Assembly: GCA_010356995.1 (NCBI GenBank)
Contig: ML996703.1
Coordinates: 1 to 64,000, forward strand
Direction of reading: 5' to 3'
Source of the DNA: Trichodelitschia bisporula
Taxonomy: Eukaryota
DNA length: 64,000 nt
Positions 1-10,315 of the stretch are shown here, piece after piece (position 1 is the first letter of the stretch; every line of letters starts with the position of its first letter). A model generated the notes under the pieces. That model was not told the DNA's origin, did not search any database, and saw only the letters and a list, made by a program, of their open reading frames with translations. A program made the position numbers and the translations under genes.

Positions 1-694
1 CAGCGATCAGGACTATCTCGCGAGGTTCTTGTGCTTGCAAGTCTGAGAGGGAGTGTCGGCATACCCGATGTCGTGTTACCCGGAAAGGCAGGCTTGGCAC
101 GGCGAACACCGAAGTGTGAACTTGACTGAGTTGCTTTATCGACTAGCAGTGGGAAGTGAGCTGACTATACATCACCAGGAGACGACCCCTGTCTCCTGGC
201 TCCACTCCAGCCACCCCAGGTTGCCGCCACAAATTCAACAAGTAGCGTGGTACGTGTCGCGCCTCCTCGTTTATAGAATTCAGCTAACAGCCAAAGGCAG
301 CTTGGGAGTTATGCGCAATCAAAGTGATGGCAAGGTGTAACTGTCACGGTCTCCGCATAATGCAATGGCTGTAGGCCTTCAAATTGTATCAGTTTCTGCC
401 TTGACTGGGGAATATTCGAACCGTTACGCCTATGCAAAGATTGCAAATTACAGCGGTTACCACCGATACCCTACGTCTTGGAATTTGCCATGTGCTTGAG
501 TGGAGTCATACCCGGGCTGATGGTGCCTCGTAAACAAAGCAGTTGGCGACAGCGCGTGCCCGCGTCCCCTTGACAGTCGTTCTAGCTCAACGCGATATCA
601 CGTGGACATGATGCCACTCGCCCCGCATCTTTCGACATCGATGCTGCTCATCATGTCGTGCGTACGAAGCTGACATCCTTTATCCTTAACCATA

Positions 695-1588
695 ATGCTC
701 ATTTCCCTCCTCCTCGCCGGGTTTGCACTCGCCCACGCGCCCGCACTAAATGCCGCCCAGTCCGCGCAGCTAATCCGCACACGCAGCCTCTGCGCCCGCG
801 GCGTTCACTGTCTCCTCGCGCAAGAAACGACCGAGGGGCCGTACTATATCTCGCATCCTCTGATCCGCAGCAACATCACCGGGGACCGCACGGGAATTCC
901 CTTCACGCTCGACATCACGCTTTTAGACGTGGGGTCGTGTGCGCCGGTGGCGGGCGCCTTTGTCGACATTTGGCACGCCGATGCAGAGGGTGAATACTCG
1001 GGCTGGGCGAGCATGGCAGCGCCAGTTGAGACGTGGGGCACGCCAGTTGAGCCGTCGAGATGGCTACGTGGGGTGCAAGTTTCCGACGCCGGTGGCCGCG
1101 TGCACTTTGCGACGGTGTGGCCGGGGTGGTACGCGGGCCGGGCGACGCACATCCACCTCCGCGTCCACAACGGCAATGTGTCGACGGACCACGGAGTCTT
1201 GCTCGGAGGCGGGACGGTCTCGCACACGGGGCAGCTGTTTTTTGCGGACGAGCTGGTGCGGAACGTGTCGAGGACATACGAGCCGTATGCGACGCGGCGG
1301 CGGAGCCTTAAGCCGACGCTGAACGGAGATGATGGCATTTTTGTCCATGAGGGCGGCGCGGAGCAGATTGTCACGGTCCGGCAGCTGGACGGGCGGTTTG
1401 TTGGGAGCGTGACGGTCGGGATCGATCCGCTAGCGGATCATGAGCCGTGGCATCCGCATCCGGAGACTCACCTCAAAGTTGCGGTCATCGGGATTGCGGT
1501 GTGTATGGTTTTGGCTTACATTGTGCGGAAGGTGATGTTGCGGCGTGTGGAGGTTCGGCGCGAGCGGGCTGGTTACGGAACAATTTAG
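695..1588 (+). CDS. Intradiol ring-cleavage dioxygenase-like protein with signal peptide and C-terminal TM helix
   Basis: Single 297-aa ORF. Hydrophobic N-terminus; family motifs ETTEGPYY, VDIWHADAEGEYSG, WLRGVQ, PGWYAGRATHIH (Tyr/Tyr/His/His iron ligands) and HTGQLFF; TM segment VAVIGIAVCMVLAYIV. Confidence 0.9.
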   Translation: MLISLLLAGFALAHAPALNAAQSAQLIRTRSLCARGVHCLLAQETTEGPYYISHPLIRSNITGDRTGIPFTLDITLLDVGSCAPVAGAFVDIWHADAEGEYSGWASMAAPVETWGTPVEPSRWLRGVQVSDAGGRVHFATVWPGWYAGRATHIHLRVHNGNVSTDHGVLLGGGTVSHTGQLFFADELVRNVSRTYEPYATRRRSLKPTLNGDDGIFVHEGGAEQIVTVRQLDGRFVGSVTVGIDPLADHEPWHPHPETHLKVAVIGIAVCMVLAYIVRKVMLRRVEVRRERAGYGTI

Positions 1589-1698
1589 GTGCTCTCAGGG
1601 CGTTTCGCAAGCATCACGGCATCAATTGAGAACACAACTTCAGTGAATTCCTCCCCCCGCATGCCCGCTACATACTGCCCCCACCGCCTTATGACCCC

Positions 1699-2067
1699 CT
1701 ACATCTGCATCCGGGTAACGCGCTTGAAGAACTTGGCGACTTTGCTCACGCTACGCTTGAGCTTGCCTTCCTTCGGGACCGTAAGGGTCAGCGTAGTCGT
1801 CGAGGTAAGATAAACCCACCAGCCCACTCCGCAGCGCTGGTCGCGTCCTCTGGCTCTGGGGCGCTCGCTCCGGCAGCCGCAACCGCCCCGGTGCTGCTGC
1901 GCACAGAGGCGCTGTCGTCCGGCGCGACAGGCGGCGGGGGACGAGGCGCGCTTGGAGGTGGGCCGCGCCCGCCCTAGCGGTCGAAGATGCGATGCGACGG
2001 CCTGCATGTGCTGGTAGTTGTTCTCTCGTCTAAGCGGAACCAAAGTGGGTTCACTATCGTCAGCCAT
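1699..2067 (-). CDS. Possible small hypothetical protein
   Basis: 122-aa ATG-initiated ORF with a basic C-terminus; no recognisable family, may be spurious. Confidence 0.2.
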   Translation of the reverse strand: MADDSEPTLVPLRRENNYQHMQAVASHLRPLGRARPTSKRASSPAACRAGRQRLCAQQHRGGCGCRSERPRARGRDQRCGVGWWVYLTSTTTLTLTVPKEGKLKRSVSKVAKFFKRVTRMQM

Positions 2068-2717
2068 GCTGAATATGGTGTAGCGACGACCTTCGGAAAT
2101 CGAGTCCTAGGCGTTCGACGAATACGGAGAACTCGGATTTCATGCTCATGCCGGCAGTGCCCCTGGGGCATGCACGAATTGTGTTGCAGCCGGAGTTGGG
2201 TAATGGATAACGACAGAGAGTGCCGGTACATGAAAAAGAGAGCGAAGGCAGTGGAGGATGGGGGAGTGGACAGCGGTGATGGAGGTAGAGGAAGACGGAG
2301 AAGTGGAGTAGAGGGTCATCACCGAAAGATGTGAATTGCCGACAAAAAGCTGTCATTATTCACGGACCACGGTCGTCCCGTGGCCATCGAATGGTGTATC
2401 GTTCGCAGACAATCATCAAGGGCCACCAGGGAAATGTTGTGGCCGCTCCCGGTCCGCAAAGAAGTCCGGATACTACAACCACGATTGTTCCGCGTCGCTC
2501 TGCACCGTTATTTCTTGGTCATCACTGTCTTTAGAATTGCCATCCAATAGCGTGGCCAAAGAGCTGAGAGGAGCCATGGCCAAAGAAGCGCAAGAAACAT
2601 GGGAGTAGACAGCAAACATTGGAACAGCTCAACACCACACAAGGCCGCCATGTCACGTATCAACAACTTGCACCAGCACATCGAGTTCAACTTTTTGTAC
2701 AGACACCGCTATGCAAA

Positions 2718-3227
2718 TTACTCCTTGACCACCCGCCGCAGATGCGGGTACCGGAACTCGGCTGGCACGATGACAGGCCGCGCGCGGGCGCGGGCAAAGG
2801 CGGCCATGGCCGAGGCCTCGGTCTCGGTGCGGATGGTGGTGCCAATGGACATGAAGAAACTGACCGTCAGCGATGCTACTTTAGATAGAAGCAAGCATAC
2901 CCGAACGTTGCGGCCGAGCCGAGCATGTACTGCCCCAGTGTGCGCATCATGCCGTTGGGGCCTGGTCCGAAACGGATAATGTTGGTTGCGCCTACGTCGT
3001 CAGCATCGCCCGAGTGCTCTCAAGAGCCGTACCGAATATGAAACCAATGATAAGACCAACAGCTGCGTAGGTCAGTAACGCTCCCACTCGCAGGGGGGTC
3101 ACATACAGCCGCCCATCATGGCGCCCATCTTGACTGCCAGAGTTAGCTCGGCTCAGCGCGGGGCAGGGGACGTACGCTTGTCCAGCGTTGACGGGCCAGT
3201 CATGCCGTGGCCGGCCGGAACAGGCAT
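2718..3227 (-). CDS. MGR2: Mitochondrial Mgr2/Romo1 family protein (TIM23-associated), 5 exons
   Basis: Splicing at four canonical GT-AG introns gives MPVPAGHGMTGPSTLDKLKMGAMMGGSVGLIIGFIFGATNIIRFGPGPNGMMRTLGQYMLGSAATFGFFMSIGTTIRTE..., the Romo1/Mgr2 signature. Only exon 1 appears in the ORF track. Confidence 0.95.
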
Positions 3228-3668
3228 TTTGACGTAAACCAGGCGGGAGGTGAGGGTAGGAAAGGGTGTGGAAAAAGTGTGGTGCGATTGACGCTTCACG
3301 ACGTGCGGAGGAAAGAGGTGATCGCGGGCCTTGGCAGTGATTTGTGCCTCAGGCACAAATCGACCGGGCACGACCGATATTTGGCGAGCATCGTGGGCGC
3401 ATTATTGCTTCATTCGGCCAGCATGTTGGAGCATTCGCAGATGATATTGAGAGCTAGATCCAGCGAGGCTCGGGCTGTTGAGGTTACAGTTCATACCGAA
3501 GTTCAGGTCACAGTACAGGTCGCAGTTTATCAAGAATTGCGTCCAATTCGGCATCGTCAGCGTGAATGCATTTACCAAAGTACGCTCCCCGCATTCTGTC
3601 CGGCCCGGAGTCGCAAGGGCCTATCCCAGCAGCCCTCCAGCAGCCCTCCAGCAGCACCTCCAGCGGCA

Positions 3669-3706
3669 GCACCGGCACCAGCACCAGCACCAGCACCAGC
3701 ACCAGC
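3669..3706. repeat. (GCACCA)n hexanucleotide microsatellite
   Basis: About 6 tandem copies, one imperfect, in intergenic DNA. Confidence 0.85.
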
Positions 3707-5320
3707 AGAAGCTGCATCAGCAAGCCGGTGCAGGCCGACAGCCGAGTACCCGTACCTGCAGTCCTCACCAGTGCCCCAATGCAGACATCTCGACCTGCCA
3801 AGATTTCGTCGCTAAACTTTTTTTAGCAGGCGCTGTGCCTGCGAAAGTGTGATGTGCCGCACTCTACCAATAGCCGGCAGCGGGAGCGCCATCCCATTCG
3901 AGCTCGCGTGCGGCGTTGTCGAGTTCGACTGTCGGCCGCAAGAGAGTGCACTGAGTGTGAGTTGCCGGGATGTCGTTTGAAATCTACATACGGATGTAGA
4001 CTCCTCCGTCTCGGGTCGAAGTCGACAATCCCAAAGCAAAAACGGCACTGTAGACCGAGCGGGGCAGCTCTGACGCTGCAGCGCAGAAGCCGCTAGACGC
4101 GCCTCCACTTCGCCCTTCTTTGCCTGCTTGCCCGCTCGCCCCAGCTGGGCGGGAGTGCGGTACTAAACGAGCGGGGTCCCCTTGCTTTTTTGCATTCGTC
4201 TCTTCTTGGTCAACGTCAACGACAACGACATCACCAAACACCAACACCAACAAACTACCAACAAACACCACATCTGATGAATGGTCCTCAACGGCCACAC
4301 GCCGCTTGACGGCAGCCGATAAGCGAGCGGCTAATCACGGCGCTCGGACCACCGTCCCGAGCGAGCGTGTGCAGGCCTCAGGCCTCAACTTGGTCAACTC
4401 AACCAATCAGCAGGCTCATCACCTCTCCTCCTTTCTCCTCGTTCTCCTCTCTCCTCTCTCCTCTCTGTTCTCTCTGTTCTCTCTGTTCCCCCTTCTCTTC
4501 TCCCCCCCCCAAAGTCTCTCTCATCATCGACGCCCTCCTCTCGCCCTGTGCCGCGCTGAGTCGCTTCCGCCCCTTCTGTTTGGTGGAGTTGCAGGTACGT
4601 ACCGCCTTCCTTTCCAAGCCCCCCTCCCCAAACCTCCCTCCTTCCTTCCCCCCAACCAGTCGCACGTCGCCGCGCGCTTCTTCCCCCTCCACCTTCGTCC
4701 GCCCTTCCACCTCCACCATCCACCCACCCCCAGAACCTCCAAACACCTTCCCGTGCACAACCCCCTTCCATCACCACCAAAACAACAACCTCACACGCTA
4801 TTGTCGTTCATCGCTTCCCTGCATCGCGCGCATAGTTCGGCTTGTTTTTTTCCCATCGCTCTGTCGCTCTTCAGCACCTGCATCGCCTACGTTGCGCCTT
4901 CACGCTTCTCGCCACAACTCCGAAACTGCGCCCGGCTGACAACCTCCAAAGCAACGACCACCACCCCCATTCCCATACGACCACCAGCCACCGAACCTCC
5001 CTTGTGCTGATGAAAGAGCCGTCGCCGCGGTCACTGTTGTTGCCGTTGTTGTTGCCGCTGTCGCTCCCCTAGGCGTTCGCAGTTGCCTATTGACGACCAC
5101 TGTTGGCAGCAAGCCCCGTTGGCAGCAAACCCCGTCAAAACAATTGTAGGTCCGTGGACAAAGCCGCTCTCGTACATAGCGACGGGCATCTCGCCCTTGC
5201 GAACGGCATATCGCCCTTGCGACGGCGCATTATCGCTGAGCGCTCGGTGTCATCAACGAAAATACGTCAGGCACATCTGCTCCAGGCCCAATCTGTCCAT
5301 CATCACATCCTCTCACATCC

Positions 5321-7242
5321 ATGACGGCCGTCGCTCCCCCGCCCAACTTTCAGGCCATCTCGCGGACATGGAACGCTAACGCTCCCACTGGCCTCCCTAT
5401 GAGCGCCGAGGACATGTCCAGGCTGTTCATGCCCCGCAAAAGCGCCCAGCGGTCCAACTCATCGTCGTCATTGTCTTCCATCGCGTCCACGGCGTCCGCT
5501 GCCTCAACCCCGTCGGCTGCCAACGGCGACTGGCGAGGCAAGAAGAAGTGGCCCGTCAAAGCCGACACTCCCACAACCCGTCCCGCCGCGCCCGCCATCA
5601 GCGCGCCCATCATGTCGCCAAACCCGACTCAGAACGGCCTCGGGCGCACAGCGACGCCGGTCGAAAACACCCCCGTTCTCTACCTCACCCCAATGAACGG
5701 CACGTTCGAGCGCAAAACAATCAACGTCCCTTTTTACCCCGATGTGCTGCGCATCGGCCGCCAAACTAATAATAAGACCGTCCCGACGGCGATGAACGGC
5801 TACTTCGACTCCAAGGTGCTCTCTCGCCAGCACGCCGAGATCTGGGCGACGCACGATGGCAAGATCTTCATCCGCGACGTCAAGTCTTCGAACGGTACTT
5901 TTGTCAATGGCGCACGCCTGTCGCCAGAGAACAAGGACTCGGACCCGCACGAGCTGCGCGAACACGACATGCTCGAGCTTGGCATCGATATTGTTAGCGA
6001 AGATCAAAAAACGGTCGTGCATCACAAGGTTGCAGCGCGCGTCGAACACGCGGGATACGCTGGGGTCAACAACGGCGTTCTCGATCTCAACTTCAGCGAC
6101 CTCAACCCCTCGCTCCCGAACGCCGTCGGACAGAACCTCGGGATGCGGCGCAGCAACAGCCAAACGTCACTTGCTAGCAGCCGCATAAGCACCACGAGTG
6201 CCCAATTCAGCGCACCGCGTCAGCAGCCACACTTCTGGCTAACGCCCATCAACATGGACCAGATCGTAAAGAAGCTCAACGTACGTTATTTTTACCTTTG
6301 ACTATTCCAGCCCTAATGTCGTAGGTGGAGTTGAAAGCCGCCAAGCAGCAGCAGCACGACCTACAGCGTGCGGAAAAGTACATTGACTCCATCCTCTCGC
6401 CGGATAAGGAGCAAAAGGAAAAGTCAAAACCCAAGGCTCGCTTCTCTGATCCGCCAGCGCCGCCACCGCAGGCCCCGCTTCCGGAGAAGCCAGATGCGCG
6501 TTTCGCGCTGCAGCCATTGCTTCGCCGTGAGGAGACCGAGCGCCCCAAATCGAATTCCCCCACGTCGCCTCGCGTCGACCTCGGCACCGCCGGGCAGATC
6601 AACAGCCTACGGGAGGCACTCGATGCTGCGAAAAAGGACTTTGAGGCACAGAATGCGCGTCTGCGCGAGGCCGAGGACCGGCTCGCTCAAGAGCAGGCGA
6701 AGCGAGTTCAGGCTGAACAGCGCGCCCAGCGCCTCGAAGAGAAGGAGCCCGAGATTACGCCCCAGACACTTCAGAAGCGCCTCGACGCGCTGCTTGCCGA
6801 GCTGGGCCAGGTGCAGGCCGTGGCCGAGCGCTGGCGGCGCGAGAAGGAAGAGGCCGAGCGCGAGCGCGACGAGGAGCGCAAGGAGCGCCAGTCCCTCGCC
6901 GAGATGATTCAGCGCATCCGCGCGGAGGAGGCGGACCGTGTGGGGCGTGTGGAGCGCAAAAAGGAGGAGCGCGAACGCAAAGTGTCGCAGTCTCCAAAGC
7001 CGAACCGCAAGTCCAAGGTTGAAAAGGAAAACCGCGAGAATGGCACGCCTACGTTCACGGAAGTGAACGGGCACGCAGTGGCCCCGCATACTGACATGGA
7101 CACGGGTACATCGAGTGCGCTCGTCGCAGGCCGCACACCCACAATCCATCACGCCGCGCCGTACCTATCGGCGGTGAGCGTGGTGCTGATTGGCGTTGCG
7201 GTCATGGCTCTTGTCAATAAGATGCAGCGTGGTGAACGCTGA
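5321..7242 (+). CDS. VPS64: FHA domain / coiled-coil / tail-anchored protein, SLMAP (Far9/Vps64, HAM-4, PRO45) homologue of STRIPAK
   Basis: Exons 5321-6280 and 6325-7242 (44-nt intron). FHA motifs LRIGRQ, FDSKVLSRQHAE, RDVKSSNGTFVNG, LELGIDI; coiled coil; C-terminal TM YLSAVSVVLIGVAVMALV. Confidence 0.92.
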
Positions 7243-7850
7243 GCAGCGGTGGTCCGGGGTGCGGCACTTGTCAGCTACGGGCGATCCGACGCCTGGGCTG
7301 GCTGCAGGTTGTGCTCCAGCGGAAACGGAGAGACGATGCGGTCCAGGGCAGAGGCAAGTGGCGGTTCAAGCTTGAGCTCCGCACGCTGCAGAGCGCGCGC
7401 GGTCCAAATTCGACCGCAGCCGTCAAGCAGCCTACGACCAGCTCATGCGTCCAGCCATGTCCAGCTCATACGACATCTCCAGCTCGTCCAGATCGCCATC
7501 CCAGCGACGAGCTACGCTCACATCAACGCATCATGACACGAATGATGCAGGCACCGACTCATGTTTTTGGTTGACCCTGATACCCTTGCGGCATTGCTTT
7601 GTATTTGCGTACGGTTGGGCATCGACGGCGTTTTTTTCTCTTCCTCCCGCACTAGAAGCAACGACGGGTTCCTTTAACTTGGGCATGGTCATTTGCGTTT
7701 GAGATATCCACCGTTCCCGCCGCTCGTTGAACTGGGGGGCTTGGGGGCTGGAGCTTGGGGGCTGGACAGTACCTACAAGCAGTTCCATAATGTCATCGGT
7801 CGGTCTTTACGTTTCTTGTAGAATAGCTTTGGCATAGGGATGAGAATTCA

Positions 7851-8561
7851 TTAGCCAGCGGCGTTGCCGAGTGATTCTTCATCCACCGTGACCACACCAT
7901 CCACGCCGCTCAGGCGCTGCGCCATTTCCTCCACGAACGCACACCCTGCGTCCTCGACGCTCACGCCTGTAGCCCCCTCGGCCTCCAAACTCGTCATCTG
8001 CTTATCCGCCAGCCCACAGGCAACAATACGATTGAACCACCACAGATCGGTGCTCACATTCAGCGCCACGCCATGGCTGCTCACGTTCCGCCTAAGATGC
8101 ACGCCTACACTCGCGATCTTGCGCTCCGCCGTCACCCACACGCCCGTGTGCTCCGTCGTCTGTGCTGGCACGCCGTAGCGAGCGCACACGGCTATCAGAC
8201 TTTTTTCCAAAAGGCAGATGTAGCTCCGCGCGCTCAGGCCGTGGGCACGTAGGTCTAGGATAGGGTACGCGACGAGTTGGCCTGGGCCGTGGAAGGTTGT
8301 AAGGCCGCCGCGGGGTGAGGGGTGGACTTCGGCTCGCCCGTCGGTAAAGAGGAGCGATGCTTCAGCGGGGGAGAGCGCTGTGGTGCGTCGGCCGGTTGTA
8401 TAAACGGGATTGAATTCGGCGGTCAGAATTGTGGGCGGGGGAGGTTTGTGGGGCGTGGAGGTCGATTTTGAGGTTAGGATGGCTCGGGCGAGGGTTTCTT
8501 GCAGGTAGGAGGAGTGGAGGTAGGGAGTTAGGCCGCGGAGGGGGAGGTGGTGGAGGTGCAT
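7851..8561 (-). CDS. LIP2: Octanoyl/lipoyltransferase LipB/Lip2
   Basis: Motifs EFNPVYTTGRR, RGGLTTFHGPGQLVAYPILDL, KIASVGV, HGVALNV, IVACG. Likely ATG at 8561; the ORF-track extension to 8945 is antisense to the next gene. Confidence 0.95.
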   Translation of the reverse strand: MHLHHLPLRGLTPYLHSSYLQETLARAILTSKSTSTPHKPPPPTILTAEFNPVYTTGRRTTALSPAEASLLFTDGRAEVHPSPRGGLTTFHGPGQLVAYPILDLRAHGLSARSYICLLEKSLIAVCARYGVPAQTTEHTGVWVTAERKIASVGVHLRRNVSSHGVALNVSTDLWWFNRIVACGLADKQMTSLEAEGATGVSVEDAGCAFVEEMAQRLSGVDGVVTVDEESLGNAAG

Positions 8562-8760
8562 TTGGGGTGGTGCTGTGGTGGTGATGGTGGAGGGCTTGTT
8601 GTGGCGGCGGGAGTTTGAGTTTGGTGGGGAACGCGATCTGTGGCGTGCGACGTCGACGACGACAACAGCTGCAGCCACCCACTTTGAGCCCGCGATACCA
8701 AATACCTTCCGCAGCTCAACACCCAATTCTATCAACGTATCTCGGCTCGACAACTCACCC

Positions 8761-9363
8761 ATGGCGCCTACTCCCGCATCTTCGCGCTCCAAAAACCCCC
8801 CGCCCAGCAAGCTCTCCAAACTCCCACAAAGTCCGTCCATCCCCCCGCTCCACCTCACAGCTAACCTCCCAGACGCCAAAATCACCAAAACGCCTCTCGC
8901 ACGCCGCCCCATCCCCTCGCCGCTCGCCGGTCCCTCCTCCCCCAAAATAGTCTACGTCTCGGGGCGCACGCCCTTCATGAGCGCCGTGAAGCGTATCCGG
9001 TCCCTCCTCCACTCCGCCGAAGCCCGCAGAACGCAGTCCTTGCGGGCCAACCCCCCTTCGGGATGCACGGGGGATAAAATACTGGACCGCGCGCTAAGCG
9101 AGCTGGATACGCCGACGCGGCGGGAAGAGGTGCGTGTTGCGGGGGGTGGACGGAGCGTGGAGAAGGTTCTTGCCTTAGCGAGGTTTTTTGAGGAGAGGAG
9201 TGGGGAGGAGAGGGTTGTGGTGAGGTTGAAGACGGGGACGGTAGGGACGATCGACTGGATTGAGTACGAAGGGGATGGGGATGGGGCGGGGGAGGAGGTG
9301 GAGAGGGAAGAGTCGAGGTTGAGGGGGGTTAGTGTGCTTGAGGCAGTTATTGCGCTCAAGTAG
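8761..9363 (+). CDS. POP7: Rpp20/Pop7 (Alba-like) subunit of RNase P/MRP
   Basis: Motifs KIVYVSGRTPFMSAVKRIRSLL, EEVRVAGGGRSVEKVL, LKTGTV, SRLRGVSVLEAVI. Probable 42-nt in-frame intron 8831-8872 (GTCCGT...CTAAC...CAG). Confidence 0.85.
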   Translation: MAPTPASSRSKNPPPSKLSKLPQSPSIPPLHLTANLPDAKITKTPLARRPIPSPLAGPSSPKIVYVSGRTPFMSAVKRIRSLLHSAEARRTQSLRANPPSGCTGDKILDRALSELDTPTRREEVRVAGGGRSVEKVLALARFFEERSGEERVVVRLKTGTVGTIDWIEYEGDGDGAGEEVEREESRLRGVSVLEAVIALK

Positions 9364-9743
9364 GGATGAGTGAGGGAGGAATGGATCGTATCAACATCAA
9401 CGAGCACCAGTACGAAAAGCGTAGGTCATCCCAGTGGTAACGGCTAATCTAACTCGCACAGCCACATCTCACCGTCGCGGCCGTTTTGGCACCGCGGGCA
9501 TCCTGGGCATATCACGGCAAATATGTCCGAGCACCTTAAAAGTTTGCTCACACTCAAACAGTGCTGAAGCAGTGTCATTAGGCATAAAAACACTACGCAT
9601 TAATTTTCCCTTCCGGTTCGTCCCGCTAGCAATTGGTATCGCAAATGGTATCATAATGGTATCCGCACAGGTATCAATCTCATCAGAGTCATCGCAAACC
9701 GTGATGATAGCGACCGTAGACAAACTCCGTTCCCAAAGAGAAA

Positions 9744-10315
9744 TCAAACAGCGGCGCGTGTCTCAATCGCCGGATCGTGCCTCGTGTTGTGCGTGCCGCG
9801 CGTCCGCCAGCAGTGCAGTCCAGCCATGAGCGTCGTGGCTGCAAAGAGGAGCCTGTTCCGTCAGCAAGGTCCTAAAGTCCAGTCAGACCAACTCACCACT
9901 CAAACGCGGCAAACACCGTGGCCGCAGTCGCCGCACGACACACCCCCCAGTGTGAACTGCAGCCCAGATCCGTCAAGAGCACGGCGAGGGCGATGAAGGC
10001 CGCAAACCAGAAGATCATGGTCAGCGCCTCGGCAGCCAGGATGCCGTACTTGTGCGCGGCGGTTTCGAAGCGCACGGGTGCGATGAGAAGGTAGGCCAGC
10101 GCGAGGATGGTCCAGATGCTACAGAAGAGCATGTAGTTGATCTCGGCGGGCGACCAGTGCCAGTGGCCGTTGCCGTTCCAGGCGTTGACGGCTGAGGGAG
10201 GTTAGCTGGAGATGGAGTGGAGGCATGAGGATGTACCATAGGCGGTCAGGCCGAGAATGATGATGGCCAAAACGGCCTGCGCGATGCGCAACGGGAGGGT
10301 GAAGTTGATGGCCAT
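9744..10315 (-). CDS. MARVEL-domain four-TM membrane protein, 3 exons
   Basis: Exons 10315-10237, 10191-9897, 9852-9744 give LRIAQAVLAIIILGLTAY...INYMLFCSIWT...EALTMIFWFAAFIALA...CRAATAATVFAAFEWLLFAATT. Confidence 0.92.

Noticed and set aside
3207..3852. Overlapping ORFs with PAPAPA, QHQHQH or STSTST repeats
   Set aside because: All derive from one hexamer microsatellite read in different frames; non-ATG starts and no domain.
4120..5010. 296-aa ORF upstream of the SLMAP gene
   Set aside because: Non-ATG start and low-complexity CT-rich sequence lacking stops by composition; better explained as promoter/UTR.
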